In this document: piece by piece, positions 51,218 through 59,555 of the stretch
Layout: each line of letters begins with the position of its first letter
How positions within the stretch are numbered: position 1 is the stretch's first letter
Assembly (NCBI GenBank): GCA_963726745.1
Contig: CAVSDR010000006.1
Location: forward strand, 576,001 to 640,000
DNA: 64,000 bases
DNA from: an uncultured Verrucomicrobiae bacterium
Lineage (GTDB): Bacteria; Verrucomicrobiota; Verrucomicrobiia; Chthoniobacterales; UBA10450
Reading direction: 5' to 3'
The notes under the pieces: generated by a model
Databases searched by the model: none
What the model saw: only the letters and a program-made list of their open reading frames with translations
What the model was told of the DNA's origin: nothing
Translations under genes and position numbers: made by a program

Positions 51218-52927
51218 ATGTCCCAGCCGGCTACCGCTATTCAGGATCGAATTCTGCGCATCATCGTCGTCGCCGGCAGCATCTGCGTTGCGCTCGGTCT
51301 CCTCTTTTACTTCGGGCACAAGCTGCTCCTGCGCTGGCAGGGGCCGCGGCTGGCAAAGCAAGCGCAGCTCGCGGTCTATCAGGACCGTCTCAAGGAAGCC
51401 TCATTGCTCGCCCGGCGCGCGCTCCAGATCAATCCGGACGACCCGGACGCCGCGCGCGCCGCTGCGGAAATCGCAGAAAAGCAAGGCCTGCCCGAGGCGA
51501 TCGAGTGGCGGCAACGCGTCTTGAAAGCGTTGCCAAATTCCGCCTCGGACCGGATCGCACTCGCATGGGCCGCATTGCGCTTCAAGAATCTGGAACTCGC
51601 TCGCACCACCCTGGCGGCCCTGCCGGAAGCCGACCGGCAAAGTGCAGCGTATCATGCAGCAGCGGCGGAATTAGCCGGCGCCTTGAATCAGCTTGAGGAA
51701 GCGGATGGGCATTACGCCGAGGCGCTCCGTCTCGAGCCAACAAACAATCAATATCGGTTTTCACGCGCCGTCCTGGGCCTTCGCCTCCTGGATCGTCGCT
51801 CGGCCGCAGAGGAAACTCTGCGCGGCCTGGCCGCCGACCCGGCGTTCGCTCCGAAAGCCCGTGGAGCGCTTCTCGCGGACGCCCTTTCGACTTTCGACTG
51901 GAGAAAGGCGCTGCCGATAGCAGAGGAAATCGCGCATCTCCCGGAGGCGACCTTCAACGATCAGATCGTTTATCTCGATTTACTGCGACGCACCGGGAGC
52001 GAGCTCCTGGGGAATTATCTACAGCAGTTGCAAGAGAAAGCCGCCGCCACGCCCGAGCACCTGGCCACATTACTCCTTTGGATGCGGGACAACGGCAAGG
52101 CGGAAGCAGCCTTGGCGTGGTCTGAAACTCTGCCCGCGGAAAGCAAGCAAGGCGGCAACGTCCAGGCGGCAATTGCCCTCTGCAATCTCACGCTGCAGAA
52201 ATGGGATGCATTGGAAGCGGCCGTGCGTGCTGGGCACTGGGAGAAATGGGAATATCTGCGCCTGGCCCTCCAGGCTCGGACGCTGAAGGAGCGGGCCAAC
52301 CGCGACCTGTTCGAAGAAACTTGGGAGAATGCTGTCTCCACCGCGACCGGACAGCCCAACGGGATCCCGCAACTGCTTCGCCTCGCAACGGAATGGGGCT
52401 GGACCCGGGAGCAACGCACTCTCTACTGGGCGCTCGCCGAGAATCCCGCAACGGCAAACACGGCGCTGCTTTGGCTCTACCAAAGTTACCGCGACGAAAA
52501 GAATACGCCTGGATTGCAGCGAGTAAGCGCGAAGCTTGCGCAAATTCATCCGGAGGACGACGCGGCGAAGAACAACTTGGTCATGTTTGCCCTTCTATTA
52601 GGCCGGGCAACGGACCGCGATTTCGAGACCGCTCACGCGCTTTTCGAGCGCCACCCCGGCGAGGCGACCTTCGTTTCGACCTATGCCTACTCTCTCTTGC
52701 TCCAGGGCAAAAAGCAGGAGGCGCGACAGGTCATGGAAGCGTTGCGGCCCGATCAATTGGAGGAGGAAAGCACCGCGGCCTATTATGGTCTCATCCTGGC
52801 TGCGAACGGTGCTGGCACGGCCGCCCAACGCTACCTGGCGCTGGCAAAAACCGGACCACTCCTTCCGGAAGAACAAAAATTGATCGCCGAAGCCGAGAAA
52901 AAGATGCGAGACTCCGATTCGAGGTGA
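51218..52927 (+). CDS. Membrane-anchored TPR protein (paralog of 59556-61256)
   Basis: N-terminal TM helix, TPR helices, C-terminal STYAYSL...YYGLILAA...LLPEE. Confidence 0.8.
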   Translation: MSQPATAIQDRILRIIVVAGSICVALGLLFYFGHKLLLRWQGPRLAKQAQLAVYQDRLKEASLLARRALQINPDDPDAARAAAEIAEKQGLPEAIEWRQRVLKALPNSASDRIALAWAALRFKNLELARTTLAALPEADRQSAAYHAAAAELAGALNQLEEADGHYAEALRLEPTNNQYRFSRAVLGLRLLDRRSAAEETLRGLAADPAFAPKARGALLADALSTFDWRKALPIAEEIAHLPEATFNDQIVYLDLLRRTGSELLGNYLQQLQEKAAATPEHLATLLLWMRDNGKAEAALAWSETLPAESKQGGNVQAAIALCNLTLQKWDALEAAVRAGHWEKWEYLRLALQARTLKERANRDLFEETWENAVSTATGQPNGIPQLLRLATEWGWTREQRTLYWALAENPATANTALLWLYQSYRDEKNTPGLQRVSAKLAQIHPEDDAAKNNLVMFALLLGRATDRDFETAHALFERHPGEATFVSTYAYSLLLQGKKQEARQVMEALRPDQLEEESTAAYYGLILAANGAGTAAQRYLALAKTGPLLPEEQKLIAEAEKKMRDSDSR

Positions 52928-53101
52928 GATTTGCGGCGAAATTCGCAGGGCTGACTCTCAAGAATGACCAAGCAAAAATAGTGCTTGCAGTCATTATGAT
53001 TTTTATAATACGGTTTCGAATGTCGCTTGAATCTCCAATTAAGCGCTTGCAGATCGCCAACCGAAATCGCTAAACCAAACCTAGAGATCACCGAATACAT
53101 C

Positions 53102-54040
53102 ATGACAAAACGCTTCTACTCCTCCTTGAACGGTCTCACCCCCACTGCCCTTTGCGCCTTCGCATTGCTTTTCGGGAATCCGTTGTCCGCCAATGCCTCC
53201 TTCTCGAATATGCTGGCTCCGGCTGAGTATTATGCGGTTCTCGCCCTGAACGGGAATATCCAGCAATCCGGTCCTCTTCCTCCGTCGGGCGACAATCAGA
53301 ACAACATCCAAGGGAATATTGGTGTGGCCTCCAGTGGCTATAAATATCAAGGCAGCGGGAGCGTGAATACGCCTGGCTCCTTCGATATCCACACGGGCTC
53401 GAACTTCCAAACCTCCTCCCATGGCATCCAAGGGCCGGTAAACCAAAATTCCGCGGCAGACGCCCGTTTGGAAGCGGCAAAAGCCGCCGCGTTCGACACC
53501 TCCGCTTTTTTTGCCAGCCAGACGCCAACCGCGACCTACGGGTCGCTCGGTGGAGACTTTACGATCTCGCAGTCCAGCGTGGGCAACTACGTCTTCAACA
53601 TTAGTTCGATTAGCCTATCCGGGAACGACCGCATCACCCTGAGCGCCCCTGCAGGCAGCTGCTTCGTCCTAAACATTACCGGTAACATGTCCTTCTCGGG
53701 CTCGACCCACATCTCGTTGGCTGGCGGGCTGACCCCGGCGAACGTCCTCTACAACGTTCTCGGAACCGGCTCGGCGGTTTCTTTCAGCGGAGGCGGTAAT
53801 TCGTCTGGCGTTGATGGAATTATTCTCGCTGTGAATCGGAGCATTCAAATCTCACCCGGCTTGATCAACGGTGCGGTGATTGGGCGCGATATTAATATGT
53901 CTTCCGGCGCGAGCGTTATCGGGGTGGTGCCGGAAGTGAATGCGAGCCTCGTTATTCCTGGGTTCCTCGGCCTGATCATTCTCGCTTCGTCCGGCCGCTT
54001 TCTTCGCCGGAAAAGCGATTCGACTGATCTCTCCGTATAA
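53102..54040 (+). CDS. PEP-CTERM-like sorted protein with ice-binding-like/choice-of-anchor beta-solenoid
   Basis: Signal peptide; C-terminal VPEVNASLVIPGFLGLIILASSGRFLRRK (VPE + TM + basic tail). Confidence 0.78.
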   Translation: MTKRFYSSLNGLTPTALCAFALLFGNPLSANASFSNMLAPAEYYAVLALNGNIQQSGPLPPSGDNQNNIQGNIGVASSGYKYQGSGSVNTPGSFDIHTGSNFQTSSHGIQGPVNQNSAADARLEAAKAAAFDTSAFFASQTPTATYGSLGGDFTISQSSVGNYVFNISSISLSGNDRITLSAPAGSCFVLNITGNMSFSGSTHISLAGGLTPANVLYNVLGTGSAVSFSGGGNSSGVDGIILAVNRSIQISPGLINGAVIGRDINMSSGASVIGVVPEVNASLVIPGFLGLIILASSGRFLRRKSDSTDLSV

Positions 54041-54064
54041 TTTCGGTTTGGTTCTGCTCTGGTT

Positions 54065-54096
54065 AGCGGCCGCCCGAGTGGGCGGCCGCTTTTTTT
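54065..54096 (+). terminator. Rho-independent terminator
   Basis: AGCGGCCGCCC-GAGT-GGGCGGCCGCT followed by a T-run. Confidence 0.88.
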
Positions 54097-54270
54097 ATCC
54101 GAACTCGCGGAAGAACCCTTAAGGATTTCCGGCAACTTCAAACTTAAAGGATTCAGTCGGCAGCCTTTACATTTTTCTCGTATCTTAAAACTCATCGCCA
54201 ACATTGAACCGTTTGTAAATCCCTGTTCGCCAATTGGTTAAGTCCACGTTCACATGATCAGAATAGAGTC

Positions 54271-54286
54271 TGGCACGCAATCGGCT
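54271..54286 (+). promoter_or_regulatory. Candidate sigma54 promoter
   Basis: TGGCACGCAATCGGCT (GG-N10-GC), ~50 bp before GTG 54335. Confidence 0.5.
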
Positions 54287-54334
54287 AAGATTAAACACCC
54301 ACCTGTTCCAAAAGCGCTGAACCCCCAAACGCCC

Positions 54335-55288
54335 GTGAATTATTTACCCCGCATCGCATCATTAGGAGTCGTGGCTTTCCTCACTGCCGCCTCGAGCGTT
54401 TCCGCTCTCCCAGTGAATCTGGGCTCAGCAGGTCCGCAAAACTGGGGAGTTCTGCAGGTCGGCGACGGCACGATCACGCAGCAACAAACCAGTCTCTCCA
54501 ACCCGCAGGGCGGCATCATTGGGACAGTGGGTATCCAACAAAACGGCAAACTGCAGGGAAGCGGACCGCAAATCGTCGGCGATCTCTATTTAGGGGATAA
54601 CGCCAGCGCGCAGTTTAGCGGCAGTTACACGAACAATCAGCCGGTCACGGGAATCACGCATCTCGGTTCTGGGGCAACCGTTGGACCGGGGAGCTATTCT
54701 TTTAATCGCGTCAGTGACAATCCTCAGGCTCTGCTCAATCAGGCCCGTCTGGATGCGATCGCTGCATCCAGCGCAGCCTCGGCGCTCACCCCCACGTCCG
54801 CTTTACAGTCAATCAACCTGAAGACTGAGCTGACCTTGACCCCGGGGATCTACAATTTGAGCACCTTTCAACTGGATCACACTACGCTCACGCTGTCGGG
54901 TAGCGGGTCCTTTGTTTTCAACATTTCCAGCACGTTCAAGCTAAACAGCGGAAAGATCCTGCTCGCTAACGGGGCGATCGAGTCCGAAGTGCTCTTTAAT
55001 TATACTGGCACCAAGGATGTCGCGTTCTCCGGGGGCGGAAATGACTCCGAGCTTCACGGCATCATCCTGGCTTTGAATGCCAAGGTCAGCCTCGCGCCCG
55101 GCTTGGTCGTCGGCGAGATCATCAGCGGGAAAGATATCTCGATCGTTTCCGGCGCGATCGTAAAGCAAATGACGCCACCGATGAGCGTGCCTGATGCCTC
55201 CTCGACACTCTTCCTCCTCAGTCTGGCGACCGCGGGTTTGCTTGCGGCCAGGCATCGCGTGCTGTCTCTCCGCGGGACTCTTCGCTAG
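54335..55288 (+). CDS. VPDSG-CTERM-like sorted protein with ice-binding-like (DUF3494-like) beta-solenoid
   Basis: Signal peptide then PVNLGSAG..WGVL; C-terminal VPDASSTLFLLSLATAGLLAARHR. Confidence 0.8.
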   Translation: MNYLPRIASLGVVAFLTAASSVSALPVNLGSAGPQNWGVLQVGDGTITQQQTSLSNPQGGIIGTVGIQQNGKLQGSGPQIVGDLYLGDNASAQFSGSYTNNQPVTGITHLGSGATVGPGSYSFNRVSDNPQALLNQARLDAIAASSAASALTPTSALQSINLKTELTLTPGIYNLSTFQLDHTTLTLSGSGSFVFNISSTFKLNSGKILLANGAIESEVLFNYTGTKDVAFSGGGNDSELHGIILALNAKVSLAPGLVVGEIISGKDISIVSGAIVKQMTPPMSVPDASSTLFLLSLATAGLLAARHRVLSLRGTLR

Positions 55289-55419
55289 CCCATGCCGGCG
55301 CCGAGGCCTCGGCGTTCGTTTCCGGTCTTAGACCATCCGCGCGGTTGCCCTTAACCCCATCCGCGATTTCTTGGTGCGCGAAGTCTCGAGCTTCGCCATC
55401 ATTCGGTTTCCGCTCCGCC

Positions 55420-58400
55420 ATGCGCTTGCTCTCGGGATACGCTGCTCGCCTTTCTGTCTTGATGCTTCTCGCGGGCTGCCTTTGCAGCTGTTCGGGAGAA
55501 GCGCGCAAGCAGAGCCATTTGCGGCGTGGCGATCAGTTTTTCGCCGCGGAGAAGTTTCCGGAAGCACAGCTGGAATATCTCAGCGCCCTCCAGTTCACTC
55601 CTCCGGACGTCGGTGCGCTGCGCCGCCTCGGGCACATTTCGCTGGCTAATGGCGCTCTCCCACGCGCCTATGCCTACTACTCGAAAGCGTTTGCGCTCCA
55701 GCCGGCGAACCCGGAGCCGCTTGCCAAGATCGCCCGGGTCGTCCTGCTCCTGGGCGAGAAGCAAGAGGCGCAAAAGCAGGCTGCGGAAGCGCTCGTCCGC
55801 ATGCCGGGTAATGGCGAAGCACTGCTCGTTTTGGCAGACGCCATCGGCAATGACGACGATGCGCACGTTGCCGAACAAGCGCTCTGGGAAACGCGGGCTC
55901 ATCCGACCGCGGCTTCCCATCTCGCCTGGTCACGCATCGCCCTCTATCGCGGGGACTCGCTTTGGGCAGAAAGCGAGCTGCGCCAAGCGTTGCAAGCGGA
56001 CCCGCGCTTTGCCGAAGCGCAACTCGCCCTCGCGAAACTGGAGGCCGCGCAAGGTCACCCCGACGCTTCCCGCTTGGAGTTCAGCCGCGCACTTGAGCTT
56101 GCTCCCCTCCGTTCCGAGGCCCCGATCGCGTATGCTCGCTTTTTGCTGGATGTCGACGGGTCGGGCGCTGCGCAGGCCTACCTTGAAAAAATCAACGAGC
56201 GGGCTCCCGATTTCCTTTTCGGCTGGCAACTCCAAGCCGAGCTCGCGTTTGCAGAGAAACAATGGGAGCGCGCGACCCACGCCTTGGAGAAAGTCTTCGC
56301 GTACGATGGCGATTCCATTCCCGCCCGCCTCCTGGAAAGTGAAATCTCCCTTACAGTCGGCGAGCCGACCAAAGCCGTAGGCACGCTCGAGCGACTCGTC
56401 GCTGCTTTCCCTGATGTGCCTCTTCTAAACTACCGCCTGGCACGTGCCTACCTGGCAAATAACCAAGCCGACGAGGCCGAATCCGTCTTGCAAAAGGCTC
56501 TCGCCCGCACGCCCGACTTCGGCAGTGCCATCCTCCTGCTCGCGCAAGTGAAAGTGGAGAAGGGCGACCCTGCGTTCGCCGCCCCCCTGCTCCAGCGTTT
56601 GCTCGAGAAACAGCCGGCACTTTCCACCGCTCGCCTCTTGTTGGCGCAAGCTTATCAAGCCTCTGGCCGAGGCGACGAAGCCATCGCCGTCTTGCGCGAA
56701 GAGACCGAGCGCAACCCGCAATCAGCCGACGCCTTCGTTGCGCTCGGCGAAATCCTGCATCGGAACGACCACGTTGCAGAGGCGCGCGCCGCCTTCCAGC
56801 GAGCCTCGGAACTCGATCCCGCCGCGCTCCAGCCTTGGGCGGCCTTGGTCGAACTCGACCTGGCCACCGGCGACTTCGCCGCCGCGACGGCGCGGGTCGA
56901 GAGCCGCTTGCGGGAAGCACCCCGGCTAGCACCCGCACATTTTCTCCTCGGGAAAATCGCTTACGCGCAGAAGAATTGGGCCGCTGCCGAGCAGGCGCTA
57001 TCGGCCACGCTTGCGCTGGATCCACATCTTGCAGGTGCCGCGGAGTTGCTCGTCTCGACCCACCTCGCAGCCGAGAACGTCCCCTTGGCGGTCGAACGCC
57101 TTCAGCGGGAACTCCAACGCGATCCCGCCAATGAGCAGAATTTAACCACGCTCGCGCTGCTCTACCACTCCACGGGCCAGTTCGAGCCGGCGCGCGACGT
57201 CTACGAAAAACTCCTCGCGCTCAATCCCGCTTCGCGGGCCGCCTTGAACAATCTCGCCTTTCTCTATGCCGATCATTTCCGGCAATTCGACCGCGCCTAC
57301 GAGCTCGCCCGCCGCGCCCGCCTGCTCCAACCCGGCGATCCTGCGGTGGCGGACACGCTCGGGTGGGTTTTGTTCCGCCAGGCGCGTTACCCGGAGGCGT
57401 TCACGCTCCTGCGCGAGGCCGCGCTGCGTCTGCCGGATAATCCCGAGGCGCAGGCACACTTTGGGACCGTGAGTTACATGATGGACAAGCTGGACCTCGC
57501 CCGCACCGCCTTCGCCAAAGCGGCCGCCGCGCCCGGCGATTCTGCCGGCAAAACGGAGGCCGCCCGCTGGCTGGCCTTCCTCGATACCAATTCCGGCGAG
57601 GCGCGCGATTTTTCCGTGCAACAACTCGAGGCCCTGGTGCAGGAGCGGCCGGAGGATGTGATCGCGCGCACCCGGCTGGGTGAGGCCTACGAGCGCGAAG
57701 GACTGGTGGTCCAGGCCGCGGCTGCTTTCGAAAAAGCGCTCAATGCCAATCCAAATTTAGTCAGCGCGATGGTCCGCCTGGCGAAGTTATACGCCGGACC
57801 AATCGCGAAACCGGCGCAGGCCTTGGCGCTGGCCAAGCGCGCCCGCGAGCTGGCTCCCACGGACCCGAAGATAACCGCCGTGCTGGGGCGGATCGCCTCC
57901 CAGCTGGGCCAGTTTGCCTGGGCCTACAATCTCCTGCAAATGAGCACCCGCGACCGCCCGGAGGATGTCGCCCTGCTCTTCGATTTTGCCTGCGCCACCT
58001 ACGGCGTCGGCAAAACCCAGGAAGCCCGCGCGCTCCTGCAGCGCGTCGTCGCGGCCGCGCCACCGCCGCCGATCGCCTCCGAGGCGGACGTTTACCTCCG
58101 CCTTCTGACGCTCGCGGAACGGCCGGAGGAACTCGGCGCGCACGAGGAGGAAATCTCTCGTCTCCGGCAAGCTCATCCCGATTCCCTGCCTGCGGCGATG
58201 GTCTTCGCCGCCTGGCAAAAAGTTAAAGGCCAGCCGCAGGCCGCTGCCGCCACTTACGGCGAGCTGCTCCGGCGTTTCCCTGATTTCGCACCCGCCCAGC
58301 ACTCGTTAGCCAGCATCCTGGCGGAGGACGAGAGCCAGCTCGATCGCGCCTATGAGCTGGCGACAAAGGCACGGCAGGCGATGCCGGCCGATCCCGCGGT

Positions 58401-58647
58401 GGCGCGGCTCCTGGGCGAACTTTGCGTGCGTAGAAAGCAATACCCCTACGGCGCGCAGCTCCTGCAGGAGAGTGCGAAGGCTGCCCCGCTCGATCCGCGC
58501 GGGCTCTACTTCCTCGCCGTCGCCTGGCTAAACACCGACCAAACCAGCGAAGCGCAAAGTGCTTTCGAGCGTGCGCTGCAGGCGGGCTTGGCGGAGCCTC
58601 TGGCCACGCTCGCGAAAAAAGCCGTGGGCAATCTTAAGCCAGATTGA
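55420..58647 (+). CDS. Large TPR lipoprotein, PrsT-like (PEP-CTERM system-associated)
   Basis: LLAGCLCSC lipobox, ~1075 aa of TPRs, ALNNLAFLY...DTLGWVL motif. Confidence 0.8.
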   Translation: MRLLSGYAARLSVLMLLAGCLCSCSGEARKQSHLRRGDQFFAAEKFPEAQLEYLSALQFTPPDVGALRRLGHISLANGALPRAYAYYSKAFALQPANPEPLAKIARVVLLLGEKQEAQKQAAEALVRMPGNGEALLVLADAIGNDDDAHVAEQALWETRAHPTAASHLAWSRIALYRGDSLWAESELRQALQADPRFAEAQLALAKLEAAQGHPDASRLEFSRALELAPLRSEAPIAYARFLLDVDGSGAAQAYLEKINERAPDFLFGWQLQAELAFAEKQWERATHALEKVFAYDGDSIPARLLESEISLTVGEPTKAVGTLERLVAAFPDVPLLNYRLARAYLANNQADEAESVLQKALARTPDFGSAILLLAQVKVEKGDPAFAAPLLQRLLEKQPALSTARLLLAQAYQASGRGDEAIAVLREETERNPQSADAFVALGEILHRNDHVAEARAAFQRASELDPAALQPWAALVELDLATGDFAAATARVESRLREAPRLAPAHFLLGKIAYAQKNWAAAEQALSATLALDPHLAGAAELLVSTHLAAENVPLAVERLQRELQRDPANEQNLTTLALLYHSTGQFEPARDVYEKLLALNPASRAALNNLAFLYADHFRQFDRAYELARRARLLQPGDPAVADTLGWVLFRQARYPEAFTLLREAALRLPDNPEAQAHFGTVSYMMDKLDLARTAFAKAAAAPGDSAGKTEAARWLAFLDTNSGEARDFSVQQLEALVQERPEDVIARTRLGEAYEREGLVVQAAAAFEKALNANPNLVSAMVRLAKLYAGPIAKPAQALALAKRARELAPTDPKITAVLGRIASQLGQFAWAYNLLQMSTRDRPEDVALLFDFACATYGVGKTQEARALLQRVVAAAPPPPIASEADVYLRLLTLAERPEELGAHEEEISRLRQAHPDSLPAAMVFAAWQKVKGQPQAAAATYGELLRRFPDFAPAQHSLASILAEDESQLDRAYELATKARQAMPADPAVARLLGELCVRRKQYPYGAQLLQESAKAAPLDPRGLYFLAVAWLNTDQTSEAQSAFERALQAGLAEPLATLAKKAVGNLKPD

Positions 58648-58780
58648 AGCCAACTCCGGAGCTTTTCTCGGTTTCTCGCGAAGATTCTCTTTACATTGCG
58701 CCGTTTTTTTCTACAAAGTCCACGGTCAGAGCGGCTGCAGGCAAAGGGTGCCGCAGACCGCACCGGGAATCAAAAACATC

Positions 58781-59473
58781 ATGACCTCACATCGCTTCTT
58801 CGCCAAAACGTCATTGCTCGCCTTGGCTTTGCTCTGCGCCGCCTCCACCTCTTGGGCGGCCTTGGTTACCTGGGTCCTTAACCCCTCAAATCTTAATGCC
58901 GATGTCGGCTCGCCCACCCGCAGCTACACCGTCTCCGGCTTCAACATTGTCGCCTCCGGTTACGATCACCTCGCGGGCGGCGATCGTCTCCACCAGCTCC
59001 ACTACAAGTCGGAGCCGCCTGAGGGTGGCGCCATGGAGATCGGCCTCGGCCTTCAGAACACGAACGCAAACGAGCTCAATCTCATGCCGGATGGCACTCC
59101 GGAGCACTACATCCAGCTCGATTTGCGCTCGATCCTCGCCTTGGGCTTCGTGAACGGAAAAATCCAGGTCGCAAGCATGCAGGTGGGCGAAGGTTTCCGC
59201 CTCTTCGGTTCGAATAGCGCTGGCGTCCTCGGCTTGCAGCTTCCTGGCACCTGGACCGGCCTCGCCTTCGACAATCAATTTGTCTCCGTGCCGAACTTCG
59301 GCGCCTTCCAGTTTATCTCCGTCGCGGCCAACAGCGGACGCGTCCTGCCGGTGGCGTTTCAGGCCGAGATCAACCCGATCCCGGAGATGAGCGCGTTTTA
59401 CCCGATCATCGGGCTGGTGGCCGCGGTTTCGGTGGCGCAGGTCATTCGCCGCCGGCGCGCGGCTCTGCTCTAG
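58781..59473 (+). CDS. PEP-CTERM-like sorted protein
   Basis: Signal peptide; C-terminal PIPEMSAFYPIIGLVAAVSVAQVIRRRRA. Confidence 0.8.
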   Translation: MTSHRFFAKTSLLALALLCAASTSWAALVTWVLNPSNLNADVGSPTRSYTVSGFNIVASGYDHLAGGDRLHQLHYKSEPPEGGAMEIGLGLQNTNANELNLMPDGTPEHYIQLDLRSILALGFVNGKIQVASMQVGEGFRLFGSNSAGVLGLQLPGTWTGLAFDNQFVSVPNFGAFQFISVAANSGRVLPVAFQAEINPIPEMSAFYPIIGLVAAVSVAQVIRRRRAALL

Positions 59474-59499
59474 ACTTTCTGGATTCCTGTTTGGTTAAG

Positions 59500-59533
59500 G
59501 ACGGCCGCTCGCAAGGGCGGCCGTTTTCTTTTT
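59500..59533 (+). terminator. Rho-independent terminator between convergent genes
   Basis: GACGGCCGCTC-GCAA-GGGCGGCCGTT followed by a T-rich tail. Confidence 0.82.
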
Positions 59534-59555
59534 CTCCGCATCTCCATCTTGCCGG

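Noticed and set aside
52981..53009. Sigma70 promoter (TTGCAG...TATAAT) upstream of the 53102 gene
   Set aside because: Perfect -10 but only 13-bp spacing to TTGCAG; cannot be supported beyond an AT-rich intergenic region.
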